A stretch of 64,000 nucleotides of DNA from Bugula neritina (lineage: Eukaryota; Animalia; Bryozoa): positions 62,001 through 126,000 of the forward strand of contig OZ037767.1 of NCBI GenBank assembly GCA_964035545.1, read 5' to 3'. The notes under the pieces are model-generated. The model had not been told where the DNA came from. It worked only from the letters and a program-made list of their open reading frames with translations, and ran no database searches. A program made the position numbers and the translations under genes. Below, one piece after another: positions 62,463 through 64,000 of this stretch. How positions within the stretch are numbered: the stretch's first letter is position 1; each line of letters begins with the position of its first letter.

Positions 62463-64000
62463 CTGTAAAAATCTTATACGCAAAGTTGTAAGTAAAATAT
62501 CTAATTGTTATCTCAACATGCACTGCATAGATTAGAAATTATAAAATTAGCCAAAATATTCCAACATAATTGTTTACAACTGGCCTCTACAGATTTGAGT
62601 CTTAAGATACCAAGGCTTTTATGGTATGGAGGTTTTTTGGAGAAATGTTGTTTTTTACACAACATTAAACAATAACTTTGTTACGCAACTTAAAAATGCA
62701 ATTGTCTTAAATTCTAGAGACATTGAAGTTCTGGTAGCTATTAAATTGCTTGTTGCTAATTCATACCATTTATTTTTCCGTTTAACTCATGCATTTTTCT
62801 GTAAACTTTATCCCATTCTCTGAGAGGTTCACCAGGTAATTCACTGCTAGAGAGTCCATCGTGTAACTCATCATGAATCTTATTCACTAAAATATTATAA
62901 TTGGCTTGAATCTATTTGTAATTCTGCATACTTAAAAAATATACTGAATAGTTTTTTCACAAGAAATCCTTTTTTTATCATAATCTTGGCTCAAGCAAAA
63001 ATATTTTCAGTCTATGACAATATAATACTCATTATTAAGGCATCACTTAATGCATTTTCGGTTCAGTTCAGTTTCAGTTCTATAAATTACCCAAACAATT
63101 GTATACTAGTTATTATTCTAGCAGTTTTCTTCCACTCAGCACTTTGTATATTATAACTAATACTACTCTAAAATTTATCACAGTAAATGAGTAAACGATA
63201 TAGTCCCATGAAGACAATAGTAGATTTAAGCATATAGCAACAATACTGTTATAATGAGGTTTTTAACTAGCTGACTAAATAGGTAGGCTATGAAAAGAGT
63301 TTTCAACTGAGCCAAATTTTGTTTTAGATGACTTGAAGTAGGAAATTTTAATTAGTCCAGTGGTGAAAAATAGTTGAGTTTAAAATGCTGAGCAGCTATA
63401 GAGTTGCCGGTGAAGAAAGTTGAGTCAGGGGCATAATCTTTGTTATTCAAAGACAAAAGTAAACATTTTAAGGATGATGCCAAAGATAAAAGATTTAAGC
63501 TCAATAGCAAAAATGCCTGACATGCTTTTTTAGAAAATCTAGGGATTTAAGCTACTGCATCTAATAAGGTGTTATTTTGATACATTTCATGTTTATGGCA
63601 GATTCCTTGGCCAAACCTTGTGAAGGTACTACAGATAGTTTACGTATGTGACAGCATTCAAAATGGCTTCCTATGCTGCTGAGAGTTGATTAGATGGTTT
63701 CAAAGAGATATGAAGTCGTATCAGTAATGTTTAATAAAATGTATAACACTAAATGTCTTAGTTTTATGTTCTATGGATAGTCTAAAGGTTAAGTGGTGTT
63801 GTAACGTCTGCCCCAGTTTATTTATAATAGGTTGCACTGCTGGATTTATGCTGATGTTTATTGAAACTAACTGGTAACCAACGTGAAACTACAATAATAC
63901 AATAATACGATTTGATAAGAAAAGACATTATTGAAAGAAAAATGAAACATACAAAAATTACAAAATTGTTGCAAAACAATGTTTGACATACCTCTATTAC

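Noticed and set aside
63400-63760. Possible decayed LINE reverse-transcriptase fragment (KDDAK-like peptide)
   Set aside because: No sustained frame or second motif in the right order; cannot be supported without a search.

Overview
AT-rich, intron-containing animal genomic DNA, probably from an invertebrate; the taxon cannot be fixed from the sequence. I reconstructed exon chains by hand, with consistent reading phase, for six genes: a giant/CES-2-like PAR-family bZIP factor (+), KLHL20/diablo (-), a RasGRP (+), two tandem SLC18B1-like MFS transporter paralogues (+) and an ASIC/DEG-ENaC channel (+). The probable 3' end of a seventh gene lies on the - strand. An intact, very young Gypsy (Mag-like) LTR retrotransposon sits in intron 8 of the first transporter, and several MITE-like inverted-repeat elements are present. 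Most long ORFs in the supplied track are translations of tandem repeats. The most striking feature is intron architecture. About 46 of the 54 reconstructed introns contain their own micro- or minisatellite, while repeat-free introns are mostly about 80-330 nt. Many arrays are built from the splice junction itself, so real donors or acceptors are repeated 3-29 times as intact decoys. One KLHL20 intron is exactly 25 copies of an 18-nt GT...AG unit. Exon boundaries are predictions from GT/AG signals, phase and protein-family similarity; there is no transcript evidence here.
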